Below, in pieces: positions 1-13,009 of a DNA stretch of 64,000 bases. Source of the stretch: Glaucostegus cemiculus. Lineage: Eukaryota. Numbering within the stretch: the stretch's first letter is position 1; the number at the start of each line of letters is the position of its first letter. The notes under the pieces are model-generated. The model saw only the letters and a list, made by a program, of their open reading frames with translations, made no database searches and was not told the DNA's origin. The translations under genes and the position numbers were made by a program. The stretch is from positions 3,968,001 to 4,032,000 of the forward strand of contig CDPCPM010000115.1 of NCBI GenBank assembly GCA_976551045.1, in the 5' to 3' direction.

Positions 1-197
1 ATGGTTGACAGAAAGCATGGGTGAAGGTGATGAAAGTTTGAATAGCCCATGATACAACACACACACAAACTGGCATACTGATGCACTCACAGATACATAT
101 GGAGTTAAAGACAAATGAATGTGCACTTGGGCCTGTAAACATGCACAGAATCACATTAACCCTGCATAGATGCACACATACAAGTAATAATTCAGAA

Positions 198-360
198 TCA
201 GTTATACAGCATGAAAACAGGCCCTTCAGCCTAACTCTTCCATGCCAACCAAGATGACTAGAGTTAGTCCATTCATTTGCCCATATCCCTCCAAATCCTT
301 TCCTATCCACATACCTGTCCAAATGTCTTTTAAACATAGTAATTGTACCTGCCTCTACAA
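198..360 (-). mobile_element. Old CR1 LINE 3' end, split by the younger CR1 at 361-2360 (resumes at about 2362-2420)
   Basis: The minus-strand CR1 3' motif aaacaggcccttcagcc...gtacctgcctctac breaks at 360 and resumes after 2360 as tctggcagctcattccacatacccacc. Confidence 0.75.
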
Positions 361-2360
361 GGAAGCAAGAAGAAGTGGAAAAAACAGAAGACTGGGAAAC
401 TTTTAAGAACCTACAGAAAGAAACTAAGGTGGTCATTAGGAAAGAAAAGAGAAATTATGAAATGAAATTGGCAGAGAATATTTGAAAGGATACTAAGAGT
501 TTTTTTAAATATATAAGGAGTAAAAGAGAGACGCAGGTTGATATAGGACCAATAGATAATGGTGCGGGAGAGATTATTACGGATGATAAAGAGATGGCAG
601 AGGTGCTAAATCAGTATTTTGCGTCGGTCTTCACGGTAGAAGACATTAACAATATACCGGTTAGTCAAGGGTCTCGAGGGATGGAACTGAGTTCAGTTAA
701 GATTACTAGAGAGAAAGTGTTGGGGAAGCTAAATGGGCTAAAGACTGATAAGTCTCCGGGACCGGATGGGGTACATCCCTGGGTACTGAAGGAAGTAGCT
801 TTAGAAATAGTGGAGGCATTAGTGATACTTTTTCAGGAATCGATATACTCTGGCATGGCTCCAGAGGACTGGAAGGTCGCGAATGTAGTTCCGTTGTATA
901 AGAAAGGTGGGAGACAGCATAAAGGAAATTACAGACCTATCAGTCTTACGTCTGTGGTGGGGAAGATACTAGAATCGATCCTCAAGGACGAGGTGATGGA
1001 ATACCTGGAGGTGCAAGGCAAGATAGGTCCTAGTCAACATGGGTTCGTGAAGGGAAGATCCCGCCTGACCAACTTATTTGGAGTTTTTTGAAGAAATCTC
1101 AGGCAGGGTGGACAAGGGAGAGGCCGTAGGTGTAGTGTATTTAGACTTTCAGAAGGCATTCGACAAGGTGCCGCACAAAAGACTAACTAGTAAGATGAGA
1201 GATCACAGAATAACAGGCAGGATAACAGAATGGGTCGAGTGTTGGCTGGATGGCAGGAAGCAGAGGGTGGGAATAAAAGGTTCCAGTTCTGGTTGGTTGC
1301 CAGTTACTAGTGGTGTTCCGCAGGGGTCAGTGTTGGGGCCCCTTCTTTTTACCTTATATATTAATGATTTAGACGAAGGAGCTAATGAGTTTGTGGCTAA
1401 GTTTGCGGATGACACTAAGATTGGGGGAGGAGTGGAGAGTATTGAAGAGCCAGGAAAGTTACAGAGAGACTTGGATAGTCTAGGAGAATGGGCGAGGAAA
1501 TGGCAGACGAGATTCAACGTGGAAAAATGTGCAGTTGTACACTTTGGAAGTAGAAATAAACGGGCAGACTATTATCTAGAAGGAGATAAAATTGGAAGTA
1601 CAGAAGTACAAAGGGACTTAGGGGTGCTCGTACAGGATAACCTAAAGGTTAACCACCAGGTTGGATCGGCGGTAAGAAAAGCGAATGCTATGTTGGCATT
1701 TATTTTGAGGGGTATAGTATATAAAAGCAAGGAAGTGTTGATGAAGCTATACCGGGCACTGGTGAGGCCTCATTTAGAGTACTGTGTACAGTTTTGGGCC
1801 CCATATCTTAGGAAGGATGTGCTGACGTTGGAAAGGGTTCAGAGGAGATTTACTAGGATGATTCCTGGTATGAAAAGGCTTATATATGATGAGCGACTGT
1901 CAGCACTTGGACTGTACTCATTGGAGTACAGAAGAATGAGAGGGACCTAATAGAAACGTACAAGATGTTGAAAGGAATGGACAAAGTGAATGTGGTCAAG
2001 CTGTTTCCCTTGGTGGGGGAGTCCAGGACTAGAGGGCACAACCTTAGAATTAGAGGAAGCAGGTTCAAAACAGAGATAAGGAGGAATTTCTTTAGCCAGA
2101 GGGTGGTGAACTTGTGGAACTCCTTACCACAGAAAGCAGTGGAGGCCAGATCATTGGAGATATTCAAGAAGGAAATAGATAGATATCTAATTGGTCAAGG
2201 TATCAAGGGATATGGAGATAAGGCTGGAATTTGGAGTTAGAATAGTTTTTTTTTCCCCATTCTTTTTCATCCTCTTTTTTCCCCCTTTTTCCCCCCACCC
2301 TCCCTTCCCTTTGGAGCAGACTCGATGGGCCGAGTGGCCTGCTTCTGCTCTATTATCTTG
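361..2360 (+). mobile_element. Young 5'-truncated CR1 (HER1-like) LINE: RT domain and 3' UTR, two frameshifts
   Basis: ORFs 594-1091, 1078-1950 and 1965-2240 give KSPGPDG, NYRPISLTSVVGK, QHGF, YLDFQKAFDKV, GVPQGSVLGPLLF, FADD, LVRPHLEYCVQFW and FFSQRVVNLWNSLP. The CR1 3' stem ggagcagactcgatgggccgagtggcct is present. Confidence 0.97.
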
Positions 2361-2929
2361 TGTGATTTCTTCTGGCAGCTCATTCCACATACCCACCATC
2401 CTCTTGTGTGAAGATGTTGATAGAATCGCAGAGCAATTTAAAGTAGCTTATGATACCAATTCCACAAACAAAATGTCTGTCTGGGAATGCTAGCTGTAGT
2501 TAAATTGGGTTTTTATAGGACACAAGGAAGGGAGCAGGGCCTCTAATGCAAAAAGCAGAAGCATTTCATTTCCAATTGTGCAGGGCCACAGTGTTAGCGA
2601 CGGGTTTCTAACTGGCCGTCAGCTCACAATGGTATGGAAAAGTACACAAATCTGAAGTTATTATATCGTACTAGTTATCAGCTTAGCCTCTTGTTTGCCC
2701 TATGTGGTGAACATCGCCTCCTTCAAGCCAGTCCCTTTGGTAGAATGCCTCCTCCACTTGAAGCCATGGGTATTCAAGGGGTAGCAATGTTCTCTTGCAG
2801 ATCCTTCAGATGCTCATCACAGTCTTGTTCCAAACCAAGACAGTATAAGCCGCACCCATGTTTATGTGACTGATAGGAACTCTAAAATATTTAAAACCAA
2901 ACATTACAAAGTTAGGTCCCATCATGGAT

Positions 2930-4580
2930 CCTTTGATGTTGGCAAAATTCTGAACAAGTACTTTGCATCAGTATTCATTAAGGAGAAGGCATGGAGGATA
3001 GTGAGATCAGTGTGGGGTATTGTAATATGCTAGGGCATTTTGAGATCAAGGAGATGGTGTAGGTTGTCTTGAAGAGCATTAAGGTGGATTGATCCCTAGG
3101 CTCTGAGAGAGGCAAGGGAGGAGATTTCTGGGGCTTTGACTATGATCTTTGTATCCCCTCTAGTTGCAGCCAAGGTCCCAGAGGACTGGAGAGTGGCCAA
3201 TGTTGCTCCTTTGTTTAAGAAGGGAAATAGAGATAATCCACAAAATTATAGGCTGGCGAGCCTCACATCAGTGGTAGGGAAGCTATTGGTGAGGATTCTT
3301 AAGGATAGGATTTACTCACATTTGGAAGAACGTGGGTCGATTAGGGATAGTCAACATGGCTTTGTGTCAGGCAGGTCATGCCTTGATTGAGGTTTTTGAG
3401 GAGGTGACCAAGGTGAATGATGACAGTAAGGCAGTGGATGTTGTCTACATGGACTTTAGTAAAGTGTTTGGCACGGTCCATCATGGTAGATTGATCTGGA
3501 AGATTAAGATGCACGGGATTCATGGTGAATTGGTAGCTTGGATTCAGAATTGGCTTCTCCATGGAAGACCAAGGGTAGTGGTGGAAAGCTGTTATTCTGG
3601 CTGGAGGTCAGTGATCAGTGGTGTTCCATAGGGATTAGTGCTGGGACATCTGTTTGCAATGTAGATATAGTATATATATGACTTGGACAAAAATGTAGAT
3701 AGATTGGTTAGTGACACAAAAATTGGTGGAGTTGCAGACAGTGAAGAAGGTCAAAGGATTCAGCAGGATACAGTTGTGAACTGAGAAATGGCAGATGGAC
3801 GTTAATCCGGGAAGTGTGAGGCATTGCACTTTGGGAGGTCAAATGTAAGGGGAAAGTATACAGTTAATGAAGGACTCTTAACAGCATTGATGTACAGAGA
3901 TATTTTGGAATCCAACTCCATATCTCCATGAAAGTGGCAATGCAAGTAGATAGGGTGGTAAAGAAGGTGTATGGCATGCTTACAAGAGTCAGGAAGTCAT
4001 GTTGCAGTTGTATAAAATTTTGGGGTTATTAGGCCACATTTGGAATATTGCTGCAGTTCTGGTCACCCCATTACTGGAAGGATGTCAAGGCTTTGGAGAG
4101 GGTTCAGAAAAGGTTTACCAGGATGCAGGATTAGAGGGTATGAGCTACAAAGAGAGGTTGGACAAACTGGGATTGTTTTCTCTGGGGCATCAGAGGCTGA
4201 GGGGAGACCTGATAGAAGTTTACAAAATTATGAGGGACACAGATAGGGTTGACAGCAGCATCTTTTATCTCCAGGGTAGAAATATAGAATACTAGAGGAC
4301 ATAGCTTTAAGGTGAGTGGGGGAAAGTTTAAAGGGGATAGGAGGGGCAAGTTTTTCTTGTACACAGAGCTTGGAGGGTGCATGGAATACACTGCCAGGGG
4401 AGGTGGTGGACACAAATACCTTAGTGGTATTCAAGAGTCTTTTAGATAGACACATGAATATGCAGGGAATGGAGGGATATGGAGCATGTGCAGGCAGAAT
4501 GGATTAGTTTAATTTGTCATCATGCTTGGTACAGACATTGTGGGATGAAAAGCCTGTTCCTGTGCTGTACTGTTGTATGT
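2930..4580 (+). mobile_element. CR1 LINE, decayed RT domain and 3' end
   Basis: ORF pieces PEDWRVANVAPLFKKG, NYRLASLTSVVGK, DVVYMDFSK and RLRGDLIEVYKIM; 3' tail gcctgttcctgtgctgtactgt. Confidence 0.93.
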
Positions 4581-5759
4581 TAAAGTCTTTCTCAGGACCA
4601 TTCAAAAAAAAGAGCAGCATTGAGGCCACTTTACTGCCTGACTGATTTTCTTGATAATCCTTCAGTCTTCATTATTGCTGTGCTCTTGCCTTCCAGAAAG
4701 CTTTGGAAACTGACATACCCACAATCAAATTGTTGTTATATCTGATCCATCTTACTGACGAGCATATTAAGATTGCTAACTCATCTCTCTTGAAGCAGTA
4801 GCTCACAAGTGACCTGGCATACCTAGGTTAAATGCAAAACTGATGGGACCTGACATTCTGCCACTTGCAGTACTTAAACCCTGCCTCCTTCCAGAACCAA
4901 GCACTGCAATAAATTAAAAATCAGCCTTCTTCCTTTATGACAGAAAGCTGGTATTTGTACCTCAAGTGACTTATGATTCAGTTCCACGGTATAATTTGTT
5001 ATCCTGGCTGAAGTCACCAATTCTTTATCTTTAAGAAAAAAATATGCCAAAGCTTCGGGGGATATGGTAATCACCAGAGAACATGTGGCCCATTTATTAC
5101 AGCTCCTTGCAGAGCTGTCAAGGGCAAAACTGAGTCATAAGAAATTCCTATTTTTTTTACTAAATGTGGAAAACTAGGAAAGGAATGCACTTCACCAGCA
5201 ATAAATCCTAGGTCTTGTTATGTTGCATACATGTAGAACATAAGCTTTTATGAAATTCAGTATTGAGAATAACTTATAATAACTGCTAATATTCCTGTTC
5301 TAAATGGCTCAAAACTAATTATGGAATACCTTATTTACTGGATTAATAAGGGAGCAGTGCTCTACTAATTTAAAATTGAAGTTGCCTAAATTTTTCCCTA
5401 TGAATTTGACTCTCCAGAAATCAATTAATACTTTGATTTTTAACCAACATAATCTTTAAGAACTTTGTACAGCCTCAAACATAATGATCCTATTAAAATA
5501 TTATCACACTCTCAGGACTGTGATAAAGTACTGCAGCTTAGGGGCTTACCATTTCTAACTAGTGGATCTCTCTTGCTCCATCCAGTAACAATTCCCCAAT
5601 GGACTTAATTATGTAAAATGAAAACCTGCATTCATCAAACAAAAGCAGACTAGTCATGAGAGTTGCCAGACCAATGATACCCTTCACAAATATGCAAGTT
5701 GCCTGTAATTGAAATCAAAGAACATCTACTCTGCTTTAGATTATAACCATTTTATATTG

Positions 5760-6866
5760 AACATAGAACAGTACAGCACAGGAACGGGGCCCTTCAGCCC
5801 AATGTCTGAGCTGATGATGATGCCAATTTAAACTAATCCCATCTTCCTGCACCTCTTTAAATGCCCCTTAAACATTGCTTTCATATATATTTCCATCTCC
5901 TTCCCTGATAGTGCAATCCAAGCACCTACCATTCTCTGTGCAAGAAAACTTGCCTTGTAAATATCCTTCAAACTTTTCTCCTCACCTTAAACCTATGCCC
6001 TCTAGTATTTGACATTGATACCCTGGAAAAAAGGCTGACTATCTACCTTATCTATGCCTTGCACAATTCTATATACTTCAGGTCACCCCACAGTCTCTGA
6101 CAGTCCAGAGAAAACAATACAAGTTTGTCTAACCTCTCCTTATAGCAAATACTCTGGTCCAGGTAACATCCTGGTGAATTTCTTCTGCACCCTCCCCAAA
6201 GTCATTCTGCACCCTCCCCATGTCCTTCCTGTAAAGTGGCAACCAGAACTGCGCACAATACCCTAAATGTAGCTGAACCAAAGTTTTATACAGCTGCAAC
6301 ACAACTTAACAAATTTTATGCTCTGTGCCCTGACCAATGAAGAAAAGTATGCTGTTTGCCTTCTTTACTACCTCATCTACTTATGTTGCTACTTTCAGCG
6401 AGCTATGGACTTGCACCCGAAGGTACCTACATATATCAATGATCCCAAGGGTCCTGCCACTGTATGCTTTCCTCTTGCATTTGACCTCCCAAAGTGCAAC
6501 ACCTTACACTCGTCTGGATTAAATTTCATCTGCCACTTCTCCTCCCATAATTCCAGCTGATCTATAACCCTGCTTTATTCTTTGACAACCTTCTTCTGTC
6601 AATTATTTTTGTCATTTGCAAACTTAATAATCAGCCTATTTGCATTTGGTCAGACCTCCAGTCAAAATAACATCCCTCCACCACTATCCTCTTTCTTCTA
6701 CGGGCCAAGCCAATTCTGAAACCAATCTACCAAGACCCCGTGGACCCTATTAACTTGATCTTCTGGATCAGCATATCAGGAGAAACTTTGTTGAAAGCTT
6801 TACTAAAGTCCACGTTTACAACATCCATTGCACCACCCTCATTAAATCATCTTCGTCACCTCCTTA
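5760..6866 (-). mobile_element. CR1 LINE, decayed 3' half
   Basis: Starts with the reverse-complement CR1 tail aacatagaacagtacagcacaggaac and carries antisense RT motifs up to aaagctttactaaagtccac. Confidence 0.88.
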
Positions 6867-7335
6867 AAAAAATGTTTATTGGTAATTTTAACACCTAAAT
6901 ACATAAAATAGTCTGTTACCAATCTAAAAAGTAACTGCATATAAATTGAGGTTTGCATATTCAATGGAAAAAGTTTGCTCTTATTGAGATTTAGTTTCTT
7001 GCCAGAAAAAATACTAAACTGATCTAATAGTGATAGGACCGTGGGGATAGATTCATCCAGATTAGAAATATAAAGTAAGAGGTCATCTGCGTAGAGAGAT
7101 ATCTTATGAGTCTTCTGTTCGCAAGTAATACTACATATATTTGAAGAGTCTCGGATTGCAATAGCCAAGGGTTCTAAAGCAATATCGAATAATAAAGGGC
7201 TTAACGGACAACCTTGTCTAGTACCTCAGAAGTCTAAACAAGGGAGATCTTTGATTATTAGTAAGTATTGAAGCCATTGATGTATAATAAATCATTTTAA
7301 TCACAGATATAAATTTAGGGCTAAAATTAAATGTA
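6867..7335 (-). mobile_element. L1-clade LINE RT fragment
   Basis: Minus translation gives GTRQGCPLSPLLFDIALEP and KISLYADDLLLYI...FSGKKLNLNKSKL (ORF 6842-7168), which are L1-type RT motifs distinct from CR1. Confidence 0.9.
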
Positions 7336-8489
7336 ATCCTATCCCTGAAAACCTTCTCTAATAATTTCCCTCTTTGAAAACTGTTGAGTTTTTATCTTTC
7401 AAAATAGACTGCTCAGTCTTAAGAGCTGGACTCTTGACAAAGGTGGAGAGGGGAAATTTTAAGACTGAGCATGAGAGTGCATTCACTGAATGTCCATAGC
7501 CTGGTTCAACTGTCTGGCAGTGTTCTAGATTACTTGTGGGAGAACCATTTATTAGGCAGGGGGGAATCAACATCAATCAGATTTTTGCATTTGCTCTTTT
7601 TCTATGACAGTTGTTTTGTCCTTGTACGTGGAACCCCCTTCACAGAAGGATCATAAAAGGCTCTTGCAACCCTGATTAAGGCAATAAAAGATAGCAGGCA
7701 GGGGCTCAGAAGATGTGTGCGGAATTAGGGAACATCAAACAGAGCAGTTCAAATGACAGCTGAGAACGGCGATTAAATGACTTGCTGTCTGTAGGGGTTT
7801 TATTACTGTTTCAGTGACTTTTTGTTTTCTTTTCCACTCTAATCCATGCACATCCAGCACTGGAATGAGTTTAACAGGCCTCTCCCTTTTCTTGAAAGGG
7901 CTTCAAGCAGTCTGAAGAGATTTATTCCTTGAAGTATTTGATCATACTTAAATCATAATACATTACCAACTTTAAAGAATGAAGCTATGAAAAGTGAACC
8001 TGAACTAAAACAACTCACGAGTTTAAAATGCATAAAGTAAAGGCAAGTGTGTAAATTCAACTAATACCAATGGCAAGATATAAAACAAAGAAGATTCACA
8101 TAAACCTTTAGGAAGATGAAAAGCTCATCTGGTAGCTTAACACTCCCTAACTGCCCTTGTAAACGTATCTCCCAGTCCCTTCTCCCTCCAGAATTGCGCT
8201 TAATGGTGTCCATCCCACAAATTATTCATTCTCCCACTTTCTCTTATGTTCAAATTCAGTACTTTTTCCTCAGGTAAAATAATTTCTGTTTAACAAGGTG
8301 GTCAAAGCAGAGTGAATGGTACTGGATTATACCTACAAAATGGCAGTATGAGCTTTATGGGCTAAATGGCTAGCATAATGTTGTATCATTTTAATCCTTA
8401 TACAGAATTTCAAGAGTGGAATTCTAGCCAACTTATTTTAAGATACTGTACACTGAAGCTTCTCTGCTTGGCTAGCTAGTGGATAGAGT

Positions 8490-8795
8490 AGTGAGGAGTG
8501 CTTAAGCTCCTAGACAGGCATTAGAATTTGGGACTGTTGATCCAGAGACTTAAATTCAAATCCCATCATGGTAACTGGGGAATTTAAATTCAAGTAATTA
8601 GATAAATTCAGAATTAAAAGAACATTTACTCACTGCAACAGTAACCATGAAACTACTAGATTGTTATTAAAGATCTATCTGCCTCACTAATATCCCTTGG
8701 AAGGAAATCAGCTGTCCTTACCTCGTTCCAGGACAATTGGGGCTATGCAATAAATGTCAGCGTTGGTTGTGATATATTCATCTTGTGAATAGATG
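8490..8795 (+). mobile_element. Decayed tRNA-type SINE (family not asserted); a second, minus-strand copy lies at about 33720-33930
   Basis: B-box-like aattcaaatccc, central ctcactaatatcccttggaaggaaatcagctgtccttacct, and a 3' tail gcaataaatg resembling the LINE end at 24330-24635. Confidence 0.55.
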
Positions 8796-8813
8796 TAAAA
8801 TAATCCCAAATGA

Positions 8814-9243
8814 ATGTCGGCCAAACGTTCAACATTGATCAGGAAACCGAAGGAGGCATGCGTCAGATGCAGTCAGCTGGGATCAAGTGAATCCCTGGAA
8901 AGGTATGGGGGATGCAGGAGTACACTTCAGAAGGAAATTGGAAGGGCAAAAAGGGGGCATGAGATAGCTTTCACAGAGAAGATAAAGGAGAATCCAAAGA
9001 GAGTCTATGTTGCAAAACAGTGTAACTAGGAAGAGAATAGAGCCCATCAAATATCAAAGCGACATCTATGTATGATGCTGCAGGAGATAGGCAAGGTTCT
9101 CAATGATCATTTCTCCTCTGTTTTTACCATGGAGAAAGACATGAGACTTCAGAACTTGAGATAGTTGATGGGGATAGTCCGCATTACAGCAGAGGAAGTG
9201 CTAGATGTCTTAAAATGTATGAAGGTGGATAAATCTCTAGGGC
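8814..9243 (+). mobile_element. CR1 ORF2 fragment (region upstream of RT)
   Basis: KEIGRAKRGHEIAFTEKIKENPK, ending at aaggtggataaatctctaggg (KVDKSxG). Confidence 0.8.
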
Positions 9244-10118
9244 ATCCATGTACCTGCTCAAATGTCTTTTAAATGTTGTGAATATACCTGCCTCGACCAT
9301 TTCCTCTGGCAGCTCATTCTATTATAGATAGATGTATGTGTGTAATATATGAAATAAAATACACACTCACTACCTTCTGGGTGGACAAGTTGCCCCTCAG
9401 GTCTCTATTAAACCTCTCCCTTCTCACCTTAAACCTGGGTAAGGGAATCAAGAACCAGAGCGCATTCAACCAATCTATGCTACTCATGATTTTATACACC
9501 TTCATGAGATTACCCCTCATTCTCCTACGCTCCAATGAATAAAGTCCTAGTCTGATCAGCCTCTCTATAACTCAGTCCTCCAAGTCCTGGAAACATCCTC
9601 ATAAATCCAGCATTGTTGCATCTTTTCTATAACAAGGTGACCAAAACTGAACACACTACTCCAAATGTGGCCTCACCAATGTCTTCTACAACTGCAACTT
9701 AACATCCTAACTCATATACTCAGTGCCCTGACTGGTGAAGGCCAGGGTACCAAAAGCTGCCTTCACTACCCCATCTATCTGTGGCACTACTTCCAGGGAA
9801 CCATGTACTTGTACTCCTATTTCCCTCCATTGTACAACACAGTCCAGGGCCCTACCGTTCGCTGTGAAAGTCCTACCCTCATTTGTCTTCTCAAAATGCA
9901 ACGCCTCACATTTATCTGAATTAATCGCCATTTGCCATTCCTCAGCCCACTTGCCCAGCTGAGAAAAATCCTGCTGCAATTCGTGATAACCACCTTCACT
10001 GTCTAGTAAATATTTAATAGATATGGGGCAATTGCAGGCAAATGAGACTACCTTCGATGGATATCTTGGTCAGTATGAACTGGTTGAGCCGAACGGCCTG
10101 TTTCTGTGCTGTATGACT
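9244..10118. mobile_element. CR1 insertion with internal inversion: 9244-10005 minus, 10005-10118 plus 3' terminus
   Basis: Minus ORFs WAEEWQM..DKCEALHF and RRRMRGNLMKVYKIM; plus-strand terminal gccgaacggcctgtttctgtgctgtatgact. Confidence 0.8.
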
Positions 10119-10414
10119 AAGATGGATAAAACTTTTGCTTAAAGATCTTATGGTTATTTTTGATTACATTTACATCACAAGGTTGAGGTGGTATCAGTTG
10201 ATGTAAAGTTTAAATATTTGGGTCAATGCAGAATTAGCGTCTCTTTCATCTCAAATTTTCTTGATGGGCTGATCTCCTCTGTTCCCATTTTTATTCTGGA
10301 GCAGACAGCAACCTGACCAATTTGGATATAAACTATAATTTCTTAGTTGCAAGATTTAAGAGATTCCAATGAAAGAAAATCATTCTCTGAAAAAACAGAA
10401 TTATCCTGATAAAT

Positions 10415-10700
10415 ACAATAAAAGGAAATGCTGACAATATTCAGCAAGGTAGGTAGTGTCTGTGGAGAGATAAACACAGTGTAAACATTTCTAGTCAAAG
10501 ATCTTTTCTCAGAATTTGTTTCGCTGACCGGCCTCAACAAATGAATAAATATTGCTCTGCATGCAACATTGCCATACATAGGAGTTATGTATCAATCTCA
10601 TGCAGTCCTGATGGAAGGTCATTGCCTGAAGTGATAACTTTCTCTCCATCAAGATGCTACCTGACCTGCTGAGTATTTCCAGCATTTTTTGATTTTCTTT
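10415..10700. mobile_element. Two oppositely oriented Penelope-like element (PLE) terminal-repeat fragments
   Basis: aaatgctgacaatattcagcaagg...tctgtggagaga (minus) and cctgatggaagg...gatgctacctgacctgctgagtatttccagcattt (plus). Confidence 0.65.
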
Positions 10701-11392
10701 TAATTTTAGAATTCTGAATCCATAGTATTTTGCTTCTGGTAAATGGAATGCTAGTTCTTTTACTCTTAAGCTTCTGCTTTTCTGGTATGATCGGTGTATA
10801 TTTGGGATGACATTTAGACACAATGCATTAAGCATGGAGCAAGGGCAAAGTTTTACTTTGTTTGCTGTGATGGTAAAAATCACAATTTTGGAATACAGAA
10901 GTTTACGTGAGTTTGTTATTATTTAACAAGGATTGCTCAAAACAGAGTGAACTGTTAAATTAATTTGGTGCGTGTCAATTTGATCTGTCAGTTTTGATTT
11001 ATGAAGAACACACAATGAAATGTGTTTATTCTTTTGTTGCCCACAGATCAACTCACTGAATACAGTGTCCTGCTTCTGAATTATTATATTACATCATTCA
11101 AGCTGCTTTTCCTACAGTAAGCTATCAAAACAATGAAAAAGAATTGCTTGAATGAATCACTTCATGATGAGAATAAAATGAAAACCAGTTATCTTTGGAA
11201 GCCACAATCTTGAAAAGAATTTCCTGCACATCATAGTGATCTCAGTTATCAGTCTTAAACTATATCTATACATCTGGCTTATTTTATAAAATTATTTGCA
11301 ATTTATAATCAGAATTATCGGGTAAAAGGAACATGGACACAGTGTAAGGAACTAAGTGATGTTATTCAACAGACAATTACAAGCTCATTTTG

Positions 11393-11580
11393 AAATAAAA
11401 ACAGAAAATGCTGTAAACACTCAGCAGGTCAGGCAGCATCAATAGAGAGAAACAGAGTTAACACTCAGCAGGTCAGACAAATACTCTAGGACTGAAATGT
11501 TAACCCTTTCCACAGATGCGTCCTGACCTGCTAAAAAATTTTCTGCTTTTATTTCTGATTTCCAGCATCTGGAGATTTTT
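11393..11580. mobile_element. PLE terminal-repeat fold-back
   Basis: aaaacagaaaatgctg...cagcaggtcaggcagcatc faces gatgcgtcctgacctgct...ttttctgcttttattt; aacactcagcaggtcag also occurs twice as a direct repeat. Confidence 0.65.
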
Positions 11581-12169
11581 TAAATTTTAAATTACATTAT
11601 TTGCCCACACTAGAACATTTTCTTTTAAGATTGAGGATTAAAAGTAATCCAAGATGTGATTGCACACTAAGCAATCTCAACTATAAAGGATTTTCAGTTC
11701 TGCTCCTTACTTCATTTGGATCACCATATATATATACCAAAGCTACTTCTTGTTACATTCAGTATTTTCAAATCAAATTTTTCTTTGCTGCTACCTGCTC
11801 AATAAATGATCAGAATAGCTTTTCCTGCCCATTACCTCTTTCTGGCTATTGTGCCAGTTCTAACTCCATTGAATTGGAAAGCAGCACTCTCAAACTTATC
11901 TGGGTTTATATCCTCAATACACTGTCATAGACTTTTAAAGTAACAAATAAATTTTTATTTTAAAACATAGTGATTCATTGTCTTATTAGCTCCAGTCTCA
12001 TGTCTTTATATTCTAAATAAAAGACTTTCATACTTTGGGGATTTTGATAGGGAAGAGAGAATGTAAGTATACAAGTGTGAAACCACAGTATTTGGATAAT
12101 AGATTAACAGGCCCCAGAAATCAGGCAGGGTTATAAGTGGTGCCTTTTATCAGACAGAACAGCATTAAA

Positions 12170-12735
12170 TAGTCTCACAGACTGATGGGAATGAGTAATG
12201 GAATAATTTGAAATTTAACTCAGACAAGTGTGAAATGATGCAATTTGTGAAGTTAGATCAGAGCAGGACATACAGTGAATGGCAGGGGCCTGGGGAGTGT
12301 TGTTAAACAGAGGGACCTAGGGGACAAGTACATGGTTCACTGAAAGTGGCGATACAGGTAGACAGTGTGGTGAAGAAGGCATATGGCACCCTTGCCTTCA
12401 TCATTCAGGGCAGAGTTGTGATGTCATGTTACACTGTAGATGATGTCACTGAATGCGCATCTGGAATATTATGTGCAGTTCTAGTTGCAATCTGAGGGGC
12501 AAGCTTTTCCTTACAAAGGGGGGTGGGAATATAGAAAAAGCTGCCAGTGGAAGTGGTAGAAGTAGGTACAATTACAACCATTAAAAGACATTTGGACAGG
12601 TACATGGGTAGGCAAGGTTTAGGGGATTATGGGCCAAACACAGACAAATGGGACTAGCTCAAGAAGACACTTTGGTTGGCATAGACAAGCTGAACCAAAG
12701 GGCCTGTTTCCATGCTGTATACAATTGACTCTATA
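12170..12735 (+). mobile_element. CR1 3' fragment with internal deletion
   Basis: gtggtgaagaaggcatatggc...; terminal ccaaagggcctgtttccatgctgta. Confidence 0.85.
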
Positions 12736-12739
12736 CAAA

Positions 12740-12990
12740 TGTATATATAATAATCTGCATCTTTATAGCGAACTTAACATAGTGTAATATCTCAAGGTCA
12801 TTTAAAAACCCTCAGGAGTTATTGGGTCAAATGATAGAATGTTTAATCAGAGGGAAGTTTCAAAAGGAGCAGACACAGCCAGAGGGGTTTAAGGAGTTAT
12901 TTAGCAGCTGAAAGCATAGCTGCCAATGTTGGAGTGATTAAAATTTGCAAGAGGCCAGAATTGGAATAAGGCAGTGATCTCAGAGAGTTA
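12740..12990 (-). mobile_element. L2-like LINE 3' relic (a similar piece lies at about 15800-15990)
   Basis: gcagctgaaagcatagctgccaatgttggagtgattaaaat...gaggccagaattgga resembles recalled elasmobranch L2 3' ends; heavily decayed. Confidence 0.45.
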
Positions 12991-13009
12991 GAGCCATAGA
13001 TTCATAAAA

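Noticed and set aside
1203-2167. Antisense ORFs over CR1 copies (also 35539-35820, 22678-22953 and others)
   Set aside because: These are shadow frames of LINE ORF2 that recur in every copy.
594-2240. Functional RT gene, retron or other prokaryotic RT system
   Set aside because: The motifs and 3' UTR are CR1 LINE; the copy is 5'-truncated, frameshifted and one of many in a vertebrate context.
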